DNA from: Candidatus Bathyarchaeia archaeon
GTDB taxonomy: Archaea; Thermoproteota; Bathyarchaeia; Bathyarchaeales; Bathycorpusculaceae
NCBI GenBank assembly: GCA_050012755.1
Contig: JBEKGO010000005.1
Location: 1 to 64,000 of the forward strand
Length of the DNA stretch: 64,000 bases
Direction: 5' to 3'
Shown: one piece after another, positions 39,828-50,537 of the stretch
How positions within the stretch are numbered: the first letter of the stretch is position 1
Layout of the letters: every line of letters begins with the position of its first letter
Notes under the pieces: generated by a model
What the model was told of the DNA's origin: nothing
The model's input: the letters and a program-made list of their open reading frames with translations, nothing else
Database searches by the model: none
Made by a program: the position numbers and the translations under genes

Positions 39828-41102
39828 TTAAGTTCCGATTAATAATAAAGCTATTAGCAAAGCTATTGAGGTCACGATTGCAGCTAATGATGTTTCAACT
39901 GGAATTACAAAGTGTTCCGGATTCAAACCCCTTTTGAATGTCAATATCGCAATCCCGTAAGATATAAGCACAATACTTATGACCGCTATTACGTTAGATA
40001 ACCAAATTGTCCCAATAAAATCGAGCACATTTGATAGCTGAAACACATGATTAATCGCTATAGATATGAGGGCTAAAATGGTCACAACTAAAAGTGATGC
40101 CGTCCCAGCGCTTAAAATATTCTTTGCGTGATTTTTTATTGAAGCAAAAGTTGGTGTCAGTATTCCCAAAGCGAGTTTTGTGTTTGCGGTCGAGCCTACG
40201 ACTGAGCCAACATTGCTAACCATATTAATTAAAGCTGGATAAATTGTGTAGATTTCTTTTCGGTTTGCGGCGAAGTTACTTATTCCTTTGAAAATAGTTC
40301 CTGTTAGAGTTACTAACATTGCTACTAACATTAGCATCAGGAGCGATTCGCGTATAGTTGTTATGAATTCAGGTTCTTGTTTGTCTTTAGATAATAAATA
40401 TAAAACAAGGAAGACATGAGTAAAACCGATTGCGATAATTGCTAAATAGCCTAAGGGCAAAAAGAAGAAGAGGTTTAGGACTCCAATATAGCACAGTGTT
40501 ATGAAAATGATTGCTGCTGTTGATATTATCGGGTAAACCACTATGTCTGGATCTAGTCCTCTTCTGAAAGACACAAAAGCAACTTTTATGGTTACAAAAG
40601 TAAAAAGCAGACCGATGGCCAGTGTTGAAACCATAACTGATGATATGGCTGCAAAATCAGTTAGAGCTATGCCCCAAAGCAAATAACCAAACAATAAGGA
40701 AATTAAGCTAACTGTTAGGCTTGTTACAAGCGTTAATACAATTATGGCATGGATTAATTTATGGAAGCTTCTGGTATTTCCAGAAAAACGTGGGTGAATA
40801 GTACCAAGATGGAGCCCAGTACTTAGACGACCACTAAGTAAACCGCTAATTACCCTTGTACTAATGAGTGTTGGATAAAGAGCCAAAGCCCAAGGCGAGA
40901 GCCTGAAAACGTTAAGCTGATAAGCAATCAGGAAACCAGCAGCTAATCCTGCTATGTCAAAAAAATAAGCTAATGATGTTTCTTTGAACATTCCCCAGAA
41001 GTTTTTTGAAACGCCGCCATGTGAGATTCTGATTGCCCCCTTAATACTCACGATCCGTTGGATCTCTTGACAGAGAATGTGTTGGCTGGAGTTTTGCTGC
41101 AA
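39828..41102 (-). CDS. mgtE: MgtE-family integral membrane cation transporter (start uncertain)
   Basis: SGRLSTGLHLG, RGLDPDIVVYP, RGLNPEHFVIP duplicated MgtE motifs. Confidence 0.8.
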   Translation of the reverse strand: MQQNSSQHILCQEIQRIVSIKGAIRISHGGVSKNFWGMFKETSLAYFFDIAGLAAGFLIAYQLNVFRLSPWALALYPTLISTRVISGLLSGRLSTGLHLGTIHPRFSGNTRSFHKLIHAIIVLTLVTSLTVSLISLLFGYLLWGIALTDFAAISSVMVSTLAIGLLFTFVTIKVAFVSFRRGLDPDIVVYPIISTAAIIFITLCYIGVLNLFFFLPLGYLAIIAIGFTHVFLVLYLLSKDKQEPEFITTIRESLLMLMLVAMLVTLTGTIFKGISNFAANRKEIYTIYPALINMVSNVGSVVGSTANTKLALGILTPTFASIKNHAKNILSAGTASLLVVTILALISIAINHVFQLSNVLDFIGTIWLSNVIAVISIVLISYGIAILTFKRGLNPEHFVIPVETSLAAIVTSIALLIALLLIGT

Positions 41103-41360
41103 TCAGAATTGTTTGTTGTTACTTTCAACCACTCGGTCGCTGTGAGGGCATCATCCGTATTTATCGATTTGTGGACTCTCATCATATTTTCATCGCCATC
41201 GATTTTTGGTTGGCGGTCCACAGGTCCCGATTCCTGCGTTTTGCGGGCTGCCAAAGCCATTTTAACTGCCGATTAAAGTTTTTGAAAGACACCCATGGCT
41301 TAAATAGTTTCTGCAAATGTACTTATTTTTAATTAACTTTTCGTGTTCATGTTTCCTTGG

Positions 41361-43454
41361 TTAGGGCTTATGGGTGACATTTTTTGGTTGATAAACGCAC
41401 CATGGATCCTCAGTTAGATAATCGTTCTTTAATTCCGCAGGTTCATGGAGGTCGCCGCAGTAATCTATGAAGTCATTTGAAAGACCGTACGCTCGGGCTC
41501 GGCAGCCACCACATAAAGCGCGATATTCGCAAACGCCGCATTTGCCTTTAAGTGAATTAGGGTTTCTTAGGTCTTTGAAGACTTTTGAGTTGAACCATAT
41601 TTCCTTGAAGCTTTTTTCCCGAATATTTCCGAGTTTAATTGGCAGGTAGGGACAAGGTGTTACATCTCCGTTTGGGTAAATCCGACAATAGTATAATCCA
41701 GCGATGCAACCACGAATCCACTGCCGCATATCTAAGCCCATGCCTTTTGCTATTCGCATAAACTGCGGTGCACAGGAGGGCCTAACGTTTAATCTGTGAT
41801 TGACGGCTTTTGCAAATGTTTTTGTAATCATTTCTTCATATTTTACTGGCGAAATGTCGGTTAACTTGATTCCTCGTCCAGTTGGAACAAGAAAGAACAA
41901 GTGGAAATTTTCAACGCCTATATTTTCAGCCAATGACATTACATCATCTATTTGATCGTAATTCTGTTGCGTCAAGGTGGCGTTGACTTGAACAAGTACA
42001 TTGTTTTTTCTCAACGCTTTGCAAGCTTCAACAGCTTTCTCCCATGCCCCGGCTACTCCTCTAAACTCGTCATGTTGTGCTGGAATATTGGAATCAAGAC
42101 TAATTGATACAGTAGCTATTCCCGCTTCCTTTAATTTTCTTGCAGCAGCTTCATCAATGAGGCTTCCGTTGCTTCCAAGCCCCATTTTCAAGCCTTTCTT
42201 TGATCCGTAATTGATTAGTTCAAAAATGTCTGGTCGCAAAAGAGGTTCACCCCCGCTCAGAATTAGAAGTGGTGCGCTAACTTCGTAGATTTGATCTATG
42301 AGTTCTTTTGCTTCTTTTGTAGTTAATTCATTGTCAAGTTTTTTCTCTGTTGCGTTGATGTAGCAGTGAGAACATTTCATGTTGCATTCGCGTGTGACGT
42401 TCCAGGACATGACAAGAGGAACAAAACGTTCCGAAGCCTTTGCCATAGGTGAGTGTGCGAGTTTTAGGTAAAATTCGCAATTCTTATGCGTTGCTAATCG
42501 TTTCGGTTGCCAAAGTGTAAATGGAAAAGGAAGCACTGTGTCTAACATTGCTTTGGCATGAGCAAAACAGAAATGAGTGCAGAACAGCGAAGAAACTTCT
42601 GGAGTTACGCTGTATTTTTCCTGTGCATATGTGTGGCTTCCAAAAACTGGGCAATTCAAAAATTCCATGTGCCCATCTAGAGTGTCTGTTGTCATTGTGT
42701 AATTGATGAAGTGATCGCTTAACATAATTGATTGCAGTTTTTCCCGCCGCATACCAACTTTAAGCGTTACGTCAAGAGCTATGTTAACTGTTTCTTGACC
42801 AAATCTATCCTGGACCCTTTGCATTGCGTTCTCTAGGGTAGGCAGGTCCATGTTTTTTGCCAGTTCAGCCATGACTAGTAAACCCTTGAGTGTTTCGTAT
42901 TCTTGAATTAAACGCATCTGTACAATCTGTTCTGTCCAGTCAAGAAACAGTTTTTTTAAAGTTGCAGACGCCTCAGAGTTTTTGTTGTTTAGCAGGTTTT
43001 CAACTGCTTTGTTACCTCTCGACAATTTTGTGAAAAGATTAATTTTTTCCATTGTTCCTAAATGTGGAGTAAGGGCTATTTGCTGAAAATCGAAGCTAAG
43101 TGGCGCGATTCCTCCAATCAGGGCTTTTGCGTCAGATTCAAAATCACTATAAATCTCTCTAAGCTTGGACGTCACATCGGGTAAGTCTGAATGCAACTCG
43201 TCAATTAGCATGCTTGCTTCAGACTCCATTTTTGTAACCATAGCCATATGATACAAAAGTGAGCCAGCCATGCTTGGATCGGCTTGTTTGCCACCGTCTA
43301 CTCCAGTAAAAATTTGAGAAAACAAACTCTTTGCCAAATCAAAGTTTTTCTCTGTTATGGCGGTTAAGGTTTGATTGAGTTTTTGTTGTCTTAGAAGCAA
43401 GAGTTGCGCCCATTTATGGCAGTGTCCTGCGTCGAATTTTGTTACTCCATCCAC
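41361..43454 (-). CDS. Radical SAM/SPASM protein (AhbC/D-NirJ-like) with a long N-terminal extension
   Basis: WNVTRECNMKCSHCY, SGGEPLLR, SPASM Cys cluster; about 340 extra N-terminal residues. Confidence 0.8.
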   Translation of the reverse strand: MDGVTKFDAGHCHKWAQLLLLRQQKLNQTLTAITEKNFDLAKSLFSQIFTGVDGGKQADPSMAGSLLYHMAMVTKMESEASMLIDELHSDLPDVTSKLREIYSDFESDAKALIGGIAPLSFDFQQIALTPHLGTMEKINLFTKLSRGNKAVENLLNNKNSEASATLKKLFLDWTEQIVQMRLIQEYETLKGLLVMAELAKNMDLPTLENAMQRVQDRFGQETVNIALDVTLKVGMRREKLQSIMLSDHFINYTMTTDTLDGHMEFLNCPVFGSHTYAQEKYSVTPEVSSLFCTHFCFAHAKAMLDTVLPFPFTLWQPKRLATHKNCEFYLKLAHSPMAKASERFVPLVMSWNVTRECNMKCSHCYINATEKKLDNELTTKEAKELIDQIYEVSAPLLILSGGEPLLRPDIFELINYGSKKGLKMGLGSNGSLIDEAAARKLKEAGIATVSISLDSNIPAQHDEFRGVAGAWEKAVEACKALRKNNVLVQVNATLTQQNYDQIDDVMSLAENIGVENFHLFFLVPTGRGIKLTDISPVKYEEMITKTFAKAVNHRLNVRPSCAPQFMRIAKGMGLDMRQWIRGCIAGLYYCRIYPNGDVTPCPYLPIKLGNIREKSFKEIWFNSKVFKDLRNPNSLKGKCGVCEYRALCGGCRARAYGLSNDFIDYCGDLHEPAELKNDYLTEDPWCVYQPKNVTHKP

Positions 43455-43594
43455 ATCCTTAAGACTGTAAGATTCGTTGATGAAGGTAAAAAAGGTTAAC
43501 GGTGTGTATTCTGATTAATGATACGCCATCCTTAGTAGAGGTTTGTATTCGATAAACTAATTAACCTCTAAATTAACCATAAGCCAATTAATAG

Positions 43595-43891
43595 GTGAAA
43601 AATTTGAGTTTCGACTGGATCTATACTCTTATTGGCTTCTTAATCATGCTAGGCTTGTTAGGCGGCATCGGAATAAACAAGCCTCGAGGAATGAGCGTCA
43701 AAATGTGGTGCGTCGGCTACTTGGCAGTTGCGTTAGGCTTCGATATCCTTGTAGTTCTAGGATTAGTCGGAAACTACGCACCGCTTAACAATTTGCTCTT
43801 GGGGCTATCAGCGGGTGCGGCTACGGGGTTAGCTATACATGTGATGCACCACATAAATGAGGAAAATGTGAACCCAACTATAATGGGTTAA
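43595..43891 (+). CDS. Small membrane protein
   Basis: Three hydrophobic segments. Confidence 0.6.
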   Translation: MKNLSFDWIYTLIGFLIMLGLLGGIGINKPRGMSVKMWCVGYLAVALGFDILVVLGLVGNYAPLNNLLLGLSAGAATGLAIHVMHHINEENVNPTIMG

Positions 43892-44021
43892 GCGAGATCT
43901 TTTCGTGAGTAACGGTACAGCCATTCAGTTTTTTGATTTTGTAAGGTTTAATGAAACTGGTGAAACTCAGTTATTGACGGTTTTTTTGCTGAGTGCTGAA
44001 CTGACTGTTTTGGGTTGTATT

Positions 44022-44295
44022 TTTGGTTTAGGGTTTGAATGATTTGCAGGTTGAGTCAAAAAAAGTCTAAAAAAGTCGGAATTCGTCCAAAAAAGTCAAA
44101 ATAAGTCAAAAAAAGTGAAGGAATAGAAATGATCTATTCTTTTGTTTTTTCTGCTATTTTTGTTATGTGTGTTTTGGATTGTTTCTTTGGTTTGGGGTTT
44201 GCAGCGTTTGCAGGTTGCGACTAGATTTGACTATTTTTGACTTTTTATGTCTAGTTATGACTAGAACTGACTGTTTTTGACCCTTTTTGACTCCG
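44022..44295 (-). repeat. Two 10-bp-phased arrays (AGTC/GACT cores), each abutting a 32-bp conserved motif
   Basis: Motifs at 44022-44053 and 44186-44217 (minus strand); arrays at 44051-44120 and 44219-44295. Confidence 0.85.
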
Positions 44296-44427
44296 CATAA
44301 TCTTAGCTAAATTAATTGACACGGTAAGTTCATAGCTCCACTGCAAAAACAAAAAACAGTAAATAAAGCAAAAGCATAAGAGCCTAAGCATAAAAGCAGA
44401 ACTTAAGAAACAGGTAACAAGATCAAA

Positions 44428-46002
44428 ATGAGCGCGCAAGAAAAACTCCAACAAGCAATCGAGGCTACAATCGCAGCGGGATACCAATTAGACAGCGAAG
44501 CTTTCGAATTCCTAAGCCAAAACTTAGACATCAATGACCCAGTTGACATAATGAATTCAGCCCTTCAGAAGCTTCAGGACCTCGAAGAAAAGCCGTTCTT
44601 CATCGACAGAGTTTTCTTAGAAACATTAGCGCAGCAGCTAACCGCGTCAGTTATCGAAACACAAAATCAACATCAAGAGCAAAAGGCTTTTGAGCCACCT
44701 ATTCAGCAGCAGATAAGCCAAATCATTACGGATGAGAACACCGCTTTTTACCCCTACGCCAGAGACATAAAATCATGCCTAACTATTCTGGAAGATGCAA
44801 CCGGCAAACTAAGTTCGAACGGAACATTAGAAGAATATGTACAGTATTTCCAAGATAGGTTCAAACGTATCGAACATTTGCTGAGGCAAAGAATTGACGT
44901 GAGAGCCGCAACATCCATACTTGAAGCGCTCAAATCCCCTCCAAAAACAAAGCTCAAAATTATTTGTATGATAACGGAAAAAAGAGAATCAAAAAACCAA
45001 ATGATATTGTCAGTTGAGGATTTGCAAGGCAGCGCAACTGTTTTGGTTCCTCAAAAAGCGCAGGAAGAAGTCAAAAAAAGAGCCCTCCTTCTTTTGCCAG
45101 ATCAAGTGGTCTGTTTGGCAGTGATAAAAACACGAACCAACCTTTTCCTAGCTGAAGACATTATCTTTCCAGAAATAGGCAAAAAACCTCAGCAGAGAGC
45201 CCAAGAACAAGTTTATGCTGTCTTAACTTCGGACCTTCACATTGGCAGCAATAAGTTTGAAAAAGAAGCATTCAAGCGGTTCATATCATGGCTAAGGGGC
45301 AAATATGGAAACGAGGAAATGAAGGAAATAGCAGGAAGAGTAAAGTACGTTTTGATCGCCGGCGACATAGTTGATGGGGTTGGAATTTACCCTAACCAAG
45401 CAAAGGAATTATCTATTCGGGATGTTCATAAACAATATAATTTTGCAGCTAAATATCTGGAAAAAATTCCTGAGTACATAGAAATAGTGATTTCACCCGG
45501 GAATCATGATGCTTCACGTAAGGCTTTACCGCAGCCTGCAATCCCAGAAGGCTATTTGACCGGAATTCAAGGGAAAAAAAATATTCATTCTGTTGGAAGC
45601 CCCTGCCTGTTGAGCCTGCATGGCGTGGAAGTTTTAATGTATCATGGCCGAAGCTTGGATGACATAGTCGCGGTAATACCTGGAATGGATCAGGCTCACC
45701 CAGAAAAATCAATGAAACTGTTAATGCAAAGTCGGCATTTAGCGCCAGTTTACGGTGGAAAAACCATGTTATCGCCAGAGAACCGCGATTACTTAGTTAT
45801 TGATAGAGTACCAGATATTTTTCACGCGGGCCATATCCACGTTTTGGGATACCTCAATTATCGTGGAGTGCTTGTTGTGAATTCAGGTGGCTGGCAAGCG
45901 CAGACTGATTACATGGAAAGATTAGGGTTGGTTCCTACCCCCGGAAAAGTGCCAGTAGTAAACCTGCAAACACTAGAAATAACTGTTCTTTCATTCATCT
46001 AA
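44428..46002 (+). CDS. polD1: DNA polymerase D small subunit DP1
   Basis: OB fold plus phosphoesterase motifs SDLHIGS, GDIVDG, PGNHD, YHGRS, HLAP, GHIH. Confidence 0.93.
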   Translation: MSAQEKLQQAIEATIAAGYQLDSEAFEFLSQNLDINDPVDIMNSALQKLQDLEEKPFFIDRVFLETLAQQLTASVIETQNQHQEQKAFEPPIQQQISQIITDENTAFYPYARDIKSCLTILEDATGKLSSNGTLEEYVQYFQDRFKRIEHLLRQRIDVRAATSILEALKSPPKTKLKIICMITEKRESKNQMILSVEDLQGSATVLVPQKAQEEVKKRALLLLPDQVVCLAVIKTRTNLFLAEDIIFPEIGKKPQQRAQEQVYAVLTSDLHIGSNKFEKEAFKRFISWLRGKYGNEEMKEIAGRVKYVLIAGDIVDGVGIYPNQAKELSIRDVHKQYNFAAKYLEKIPEYIEIVISPGNHDASRKALPQPAIPEGYLTGIQGKKNIHSVGSPCLLSLHGVEVLMYHGRSLDDIVAVIPGMDQAHPEKSMKLLMQSRHLAPVYGGKTMLSPENRDYLVIDRVPDIFHAGHIHVLGYLNYRGVLVVNSGGWQAQTDYMERLGLVPTPGKVPVVNLQTLEITVLSFI

Positions 46003-46032
46003 TGTGTTCTCAAGAAGCTGACCTATGCTGGG

Positions 46033-47259
46033 CTAGGTTTTTGTGTGAGTCTGTGGCGAATAGCAGATTAAACGGCTAAAGCGAGTATCGTCATTAAATA
46101 CATCTCGGATCAAGCTTCTTGAGATTTCAAGTCTTATTTTTTTGGTTCTGCCGTATCTCCCCATGCTCACAACTTTGGCGTTAGCAAGTCCCATAGAATC
46201 CAACTCATTAATTAGAGTGCCCAATCGCCGTTGTGTCAGCAACCCAGAACCCATCTCGCCGCATAATTCATTGTAAACATCGTATATTTCACCCGTTGTC
46301 GCGCTTGGTTTATTCAAGTGATAAACGCTGAGTAGAACCAACTTAGAATGCAACGTTAAATTCTTTAGAGATTCCACTACACGATTATGTTCAATGTGTT
46401 TTTCTGCTTGACGCACATGCTCTTCCGTGACAACTTTGGCGCCTTGTCGTTCAGCCACTTCTCCAGCGACACGCAGCAAATCCAGAGCGCGCCTCGCATC
46501 ACCATGCTCTGCAGCAGCCAAAGCCGAGCAAATGCTAAGTGCTGAATCAGACAAAACACCTTCTTGGAACGATAGTTTTGAGCGTTCAAGAAGAATATTT
46601 CGAAGTTCACCTGCATCATATGGCCTAAAAACCAATTCTTCCTCACTAAGAGAACTAAAAACTCTTGGATCCAAAAATTCCTTCAAACGTAGATCGTTTG
46701 ATATCCCGATGATCGCGACTTTGCTTTTTGTTAAAGTTTCGTTTATCCTTGTTAATTCATACATGAAGGCATCGCCTTTATCTTTGATCAACGCATCAAT
46801 TTCATCAAGAATTATGATGAAAATTATTCTGGTTGAATCTAGAGCAGTTCTAAACCTGTCGAAAACTTCACCAACTGATAATCCTGTAAAAGGTATTGGC
46901 ATACCGATGTTTTGGCTTAGAGCTGCGAAAACCCGGTATTCTGAACCTGTCATTCGACAATTAATATAACAAAATTTTACTTGTGAACCGTACTCTTTTG
47001 CCTTTGATTCTAAATGACTTAAGACGTATTTTGTTACTGCTGTTTTCCCAGTACCGGTTTTTCCATAAATAAAAATGTTAGAGCATCGTGAATCTCTTAG
47101 GACTGGTGCCACAGTTTGTCCCAACAATTTTATTTGTTCTTCTCTGTGGGGTAGTTTCTCTGGAAGATAGTCGTGCCTTAGTACTTCTCTGTCTTTAAAC
47201 AGCCGAACGCCATTTACGAAATTCTCAAAGACATCTTCTAATATGTTTTGATCCCCCAT
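46033..47259 (-). CDS. cdc6: Orc1/Cdc6 replication initiator
   Basis: GKTGTGKT, ILDEID, GDARRALDLLR, C-terminal wHTH with GRYGRT. Confidence 0.95.
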   Translation of the reverse strand: MGDQNILEDVFENFVNGVRLFKDREVLRHDYLPEKLPHREEQIKLLGQTVAPVLRDSRCSNIFIYGKTGTGKTAVTKYVLSHLESKAKEYGSQVKFCYINCRMTGSEYRVFAALSQNIGMPIPFTGLSVGEVFDRFRTALDSTRIIFIIILDEIDALIKDKGDAFMYELTRINETLTKSKVAIIGISNDLRLKEFLDPRVFSSLSEEELVFRPYDAGELRNILLERSKLSFQEGVLSDSALSICSALAAAEHGDARRALDLLRVAGEVAERQGAKVVTEEHVRQAEKHIEHNRVVESLKNLTLHSKLVLLSVYHLNKPSATTGEIYDVYNELCGEMGSGLLTQRRLGTLINELDSMGLANAKVVSMGRYGRTKKIRLEISRSLIRDVFNDDTRFSRLICYSPQTHTKT

Positions 47260-47900
47260 GTGCTCATTCCATCCTTTTCAGAGGTAGAACCGTTATTTCG
47301 AGTGGAGAAGATAAAGGATGCAGTACAAAAAACTGGTTCTATAGCACAATATTCTTTAAAAAACATGGAAAAATCAGATTACAACCAACTAAACAGAGAG
47401 CAAGCCACACCCCAAAGCTTCTACTGGAAAAAAATAGCCAACATGAGAAAAGGCATTATATATTATTATTTAGTAACTATACTCTGAGTGTTAAGTGCAT
47501 ATATCATATATTAATAATTGCCATCCAAATTTTTAGATAAAAATTCTGCAAATCTTTTTTTAAAGATTCCCCGACTTCTTTTTGCTCTTCAAAACTCGAG
47601 AGGAAACATAGGGGTGCCTCTGCAGACATCAACGCCATGGTAAATAAGTGATAACTTAACCTTTTCTTTATCATGAGTGTTGACTTTTTTCGGGATCTGT
47701 TATCTTCAGAATTTTACAAGAGATTCTTTCTGATTTTCCATTCACAAAATTGTGAATACATGTGAAATAGCGTTAATTTTGCTGCTTAGTCACCTTCCTT
47801 TACTTCAGAATTACCTATTTCTTGTCAGTTTACTGTGAACAGCACACCCCTCCGCTTCTACTGGAGATCTAGAACCAAACAAGAACTTTTGTTCTTTAGA
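47260..47900. other. Chromosomal replication origin (ORB boxes plus AT-rich unwinding element)
   Basis: ORB-like TTCCAGTAGAAGCTTTGGGGTG (47408-47429, -), CTCGAGAGGAAACATAGGGGTG (47595-47616, +), CTCCAGTAGAAGCGGAGGGGTG (47845-47866, -); AT-rich 47450-47560; immediately upstream of cdc6. Confidence 0.85.
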
Positions 47901-48058
47901 CAATCTGATTAAGTGTGAAGCTGGTAATGCCCAATAAAATGCAATACTCCCTCATTTTACCGAAACAAGCATTATGTTCATTTTTTAAGTTGTGCTGTTT
48001 CACCATAACAGCTATAAGTTGTGAAGTATAAAGCTGTGAACCCTAAGGTGCGCATCTA

Positions 48059-48490
48059 ATGCCAGCTCGTAAAATGCGTGTGGAGCTGTTCGATAGCGAT
48101 GGTAATCGATATACTATTGCCTTCGAGGGTCAAGTAACCCGGGACAAAGCTCTGCGCCTTTTGGATCTTGTGGAGTTGTTGGGAGGTGCACCAAGCGAGG
48201 GGCCTACTGTAAATTCAGGTGCTGCCTTGCCCAGTCGTGTTCTTTCACGATTTGAAAAAGTTCAACTGGTAATTCAGAAGAGTTTTCCACTGGTTTGGTT
48301 TTCTTCAAGAGACATACAGTCGGTCTACGAGCAAGAGCTAAAAGAGCCTGTAGGTCTTAGTACGATTTCTACTTATCTTTCCAGGATGGCAGGCAAAGGT
48401 CTGCTTCTGAGAACTGGTGGATCAAATAATTTGAAATACAAAACTGCGCCTAATATTCCTCAAGCCACTCTGAAGCAGCGGATAAAATAA
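48059..48490 (+). CDS. Origin-adjacent winged-helix protein
   Basis: FSSRDIQSVYE...LSTISTYLSRMAGKGLL. Confidence 0.75.
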   Translation: MPARKMRVELFDSDGNRYTIAFEGQVTRDKALRLLDLVELLGGAPSEGPTVNSGAALPSRVLSRFEKVQLVIQKSFPLVWFSSRDIQSVYEQELKEPVGLSTISTYLSRMAGKGLLLRTGGSNNLKYKTAPNIPQATLKQRIK

Positions 48491-48541
48491 AATTATTAAC
48501 AGAATGATGCAAATGAATACATCTTATAATTGTTTTTCAAT

Positions 48542-49270
48542 TTATGTAGGTTGGCTGTTCTCAGGTTTCCTTAGCAGCTTTTCCATTTCTTTTTTAATAC
48601 TGTAGCTGAAAGGTATTTTGCCTACTTCCCTCTCTAGGTAGCCTTCTTCATAGAGTTTCTTCATTAATCTGGCCGTGTGTTCTCTGCTAAGGCGGACTCT
48701 TTCTTTGATTTCGGGCGCTGTCTTGGGACCTTCTGAAGATAACATTTCTAAAACTGAGATTTCTGTGTCGGTTAACGTAGCCATTGCTTTGTCCCGTCTG
48801 ATTGGCATAACGGGTTCGATTCCAATCTCTGGGGCAGTAGTTAACTTTTTGATTTGGTCTTCGAAACCGGCAATCTTTATTTTTACTGTTTCCTGAGAGG
48901 CTGCTATATCTTTGATTTTCGACTCTAAACCAGTTAATCCTGAGACAATGTTTGTATTGCTCTGTGAATTAATCTGTGAAATGTTGGTAATTTGATTTTC
49001 CAAGGGGGATATTCTTTTATCTAATGTATCGACTTTTTTGAGGCTACTGTCTACCTTCGCTAAGTTTCCTTCTATTTTAAATGCTATTACGTCCAGTTTG
49101 TCGGCTTCGCGCTTTAGCTCTCGATCAAAACTGAGAACAATATCTTCGACAATACTCTTAGCTTTCTCGTATTCTTTTTGTGCCTTGCGTACCTGTCTAT
49201 AATATTCGACCGATGCCGCTACTGTGACAGCAAGCAAAACGCCTAAAAGCGCCGTTACAAAATCGACCGT
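48542..49270 (-). CDS. TM-anchored coiled-coil plus C-terminal wHTH protein (ORF track start 49237; extends to ACG 49270)
   Basis: VDFVTALLGVLLAVTVAASVEYY hydrophobic helix, heptad-rich middle, LSREHTARLMKKLYEEGYLER. Confidence 0.75.
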   Translation of the reverse strand, partial: TVDFVTALLGVLLAVTVAASVEYYRQVRKAQKEYEKAKSIVEDIVLSFDRELKREADKLDVIAFKIEGNLAKVDSSLKKVDTLDKRISPLENQITNISQINSQSNTNIVSGLTGLESKIKDIAASQETVKIKIAGFEDQIKKLTTAPEIGIEPVMPIRRDKAMATLTDTEISVLEMLSSEGPKTAPEIKERVRLSREHTARLMKKLYEEGYLEREVGKIPFSYSIKKEMEKLLRKPENSQPT

Positions 49271-49567
49271 GATTTTCCCCTCTGTGATATGTTCGTGATT
49301 ACACGTGATTTAGTCAGTTGCATCACACATCACAGTTATCCATGGACTTTTTAAGGTTTGTGGTCATGTCAACGCATGTTAACTATGATGTCACACATCA
49401 CATCAGATTTCTATCTTAAATAATAGTGCTAAATGTAATCATGAAAACCCTTAATTCAGCTTATTTTGTCTTTTAAGGCTTATTCTGCGCCCTACAAACC
49501 ATATCTATATGCCTCTCATCAGTGGCATTAGAAATCGTTCTTCTGTCTTGTGATTTGTGACATCACA
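49269..49567. repeat. GTGAT/ATCAC-rich repeats
   Basis: GTGAT at 49269, 49284, 49294 and 49304; TCACACATCACA twice; TGTGATTTGTGACATCACA. Confidence 0.65.
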
Positions 49568-50042
49568 AGCCCTCTTCTGATGGACTAGAAAGGCGTTTTA
49601 GGCTTGTTTCAAGCTCCTGGCGTATGATTTCTATGACTTTTAGATGGTCTTTTAGCTCTTCTTCCTTCTCTGGTGTGTCTTGGTGTGCGTCGACATACTC
49701 GTGCAGTTTGTTGGCTATTTCTACATAGGGGTCAAGAGTTGTGCTATCAAACACTCCCAAATACCCTAGAAGTAGCACTGTATAAATCGATTTTATGACA
49801 TTTTCCTTGGACTGTTTTAGTGTCCTATTGAAGGCTCCGCGGCTTATTTTAGCCTTAGTTAGCCGTAAGTTGGCTTTTTCATCGTACTTTAGCTGTTTGC
49901 CTGAGAAATTTTCAGCTAAAATGTCAATAAGTAGTGTTTCAAGCTGGGTTTTTGTTAATTGGCTGTTTTTAGCGAGTATCTTTGCAATGGGGTCGTTTAA
50001 TGCTCCATTTAGCCAAGCTTGTACAGTGTCTTTTAGCTTCAA
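49563..50042 (-). CDS. Origin-linked HTH-like hypothetical protein
   Basis: LTKTQLETL...ISRGAFNRTLKQSKENV. Confidence 0.7.
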   Translation of the reverse strand: MKLKDTVQAWLNGALNDPIAKILAKNSQLTKTQLETLLIDILAENFSGKQLKYDEKANLRLTKAKISRGAFNRTLKQSKENVIKSIYTVLLLGYLGVFDSTTLDPYVEIANKLHEYVDAHQDTPEKEEELKDHLKVIEIIRQELETSLKRLSSPSEEGL

Positions 50043-50442
50043 ATCTGTCGTTCCTCCGTATGTCTTAATGGATACGGTTTTGTATACTGTCTCATCTTTT
50101 TAAGGGTTATCCAAGCAAATCTTTTGCGTTTAGCCACTATTAACTCATCAAATATGCCTTAAAATGCAAGAATAAGGCAAATGGGCAGATTTTATAGCAT
50201 TTAACGCCTGATAAGACGCAATTAACAAATAGATGGCAATATTATTGGACCTTTAGTTCGAAACTATTTATTAATTTTAAACAAACATTACAGTTCTAAT
50301 CGTCTGTTCAAAGTTTTTCTTGTCTGTGTTTTAGCGGTTTTGCCTCTTTCTTTTTTCTGGAACACACTTATTTGGCATTGATCGCTTTAGCTCGGTCCAC
50401 GATTCCGAATAATAAATCCAAGAAGATGGCTTAAGAGAGGCT

Positions 50443-50537
50443 TTGTGACGTCACCAGTCACGTTGAAATCACAGTGATTTGTCATGAAGCAGCCTTGATA
50501 TCACAGCTTGTGATAAGGTTGTGATGCCTTTGTGATT
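50443..50537. repeat. TGTGA/TCAC-rich repeats
   Basis: TTGTGAT three times at 11-bp spacing near 50508-50536, plus several TCAC units. Confidence 0.6.
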
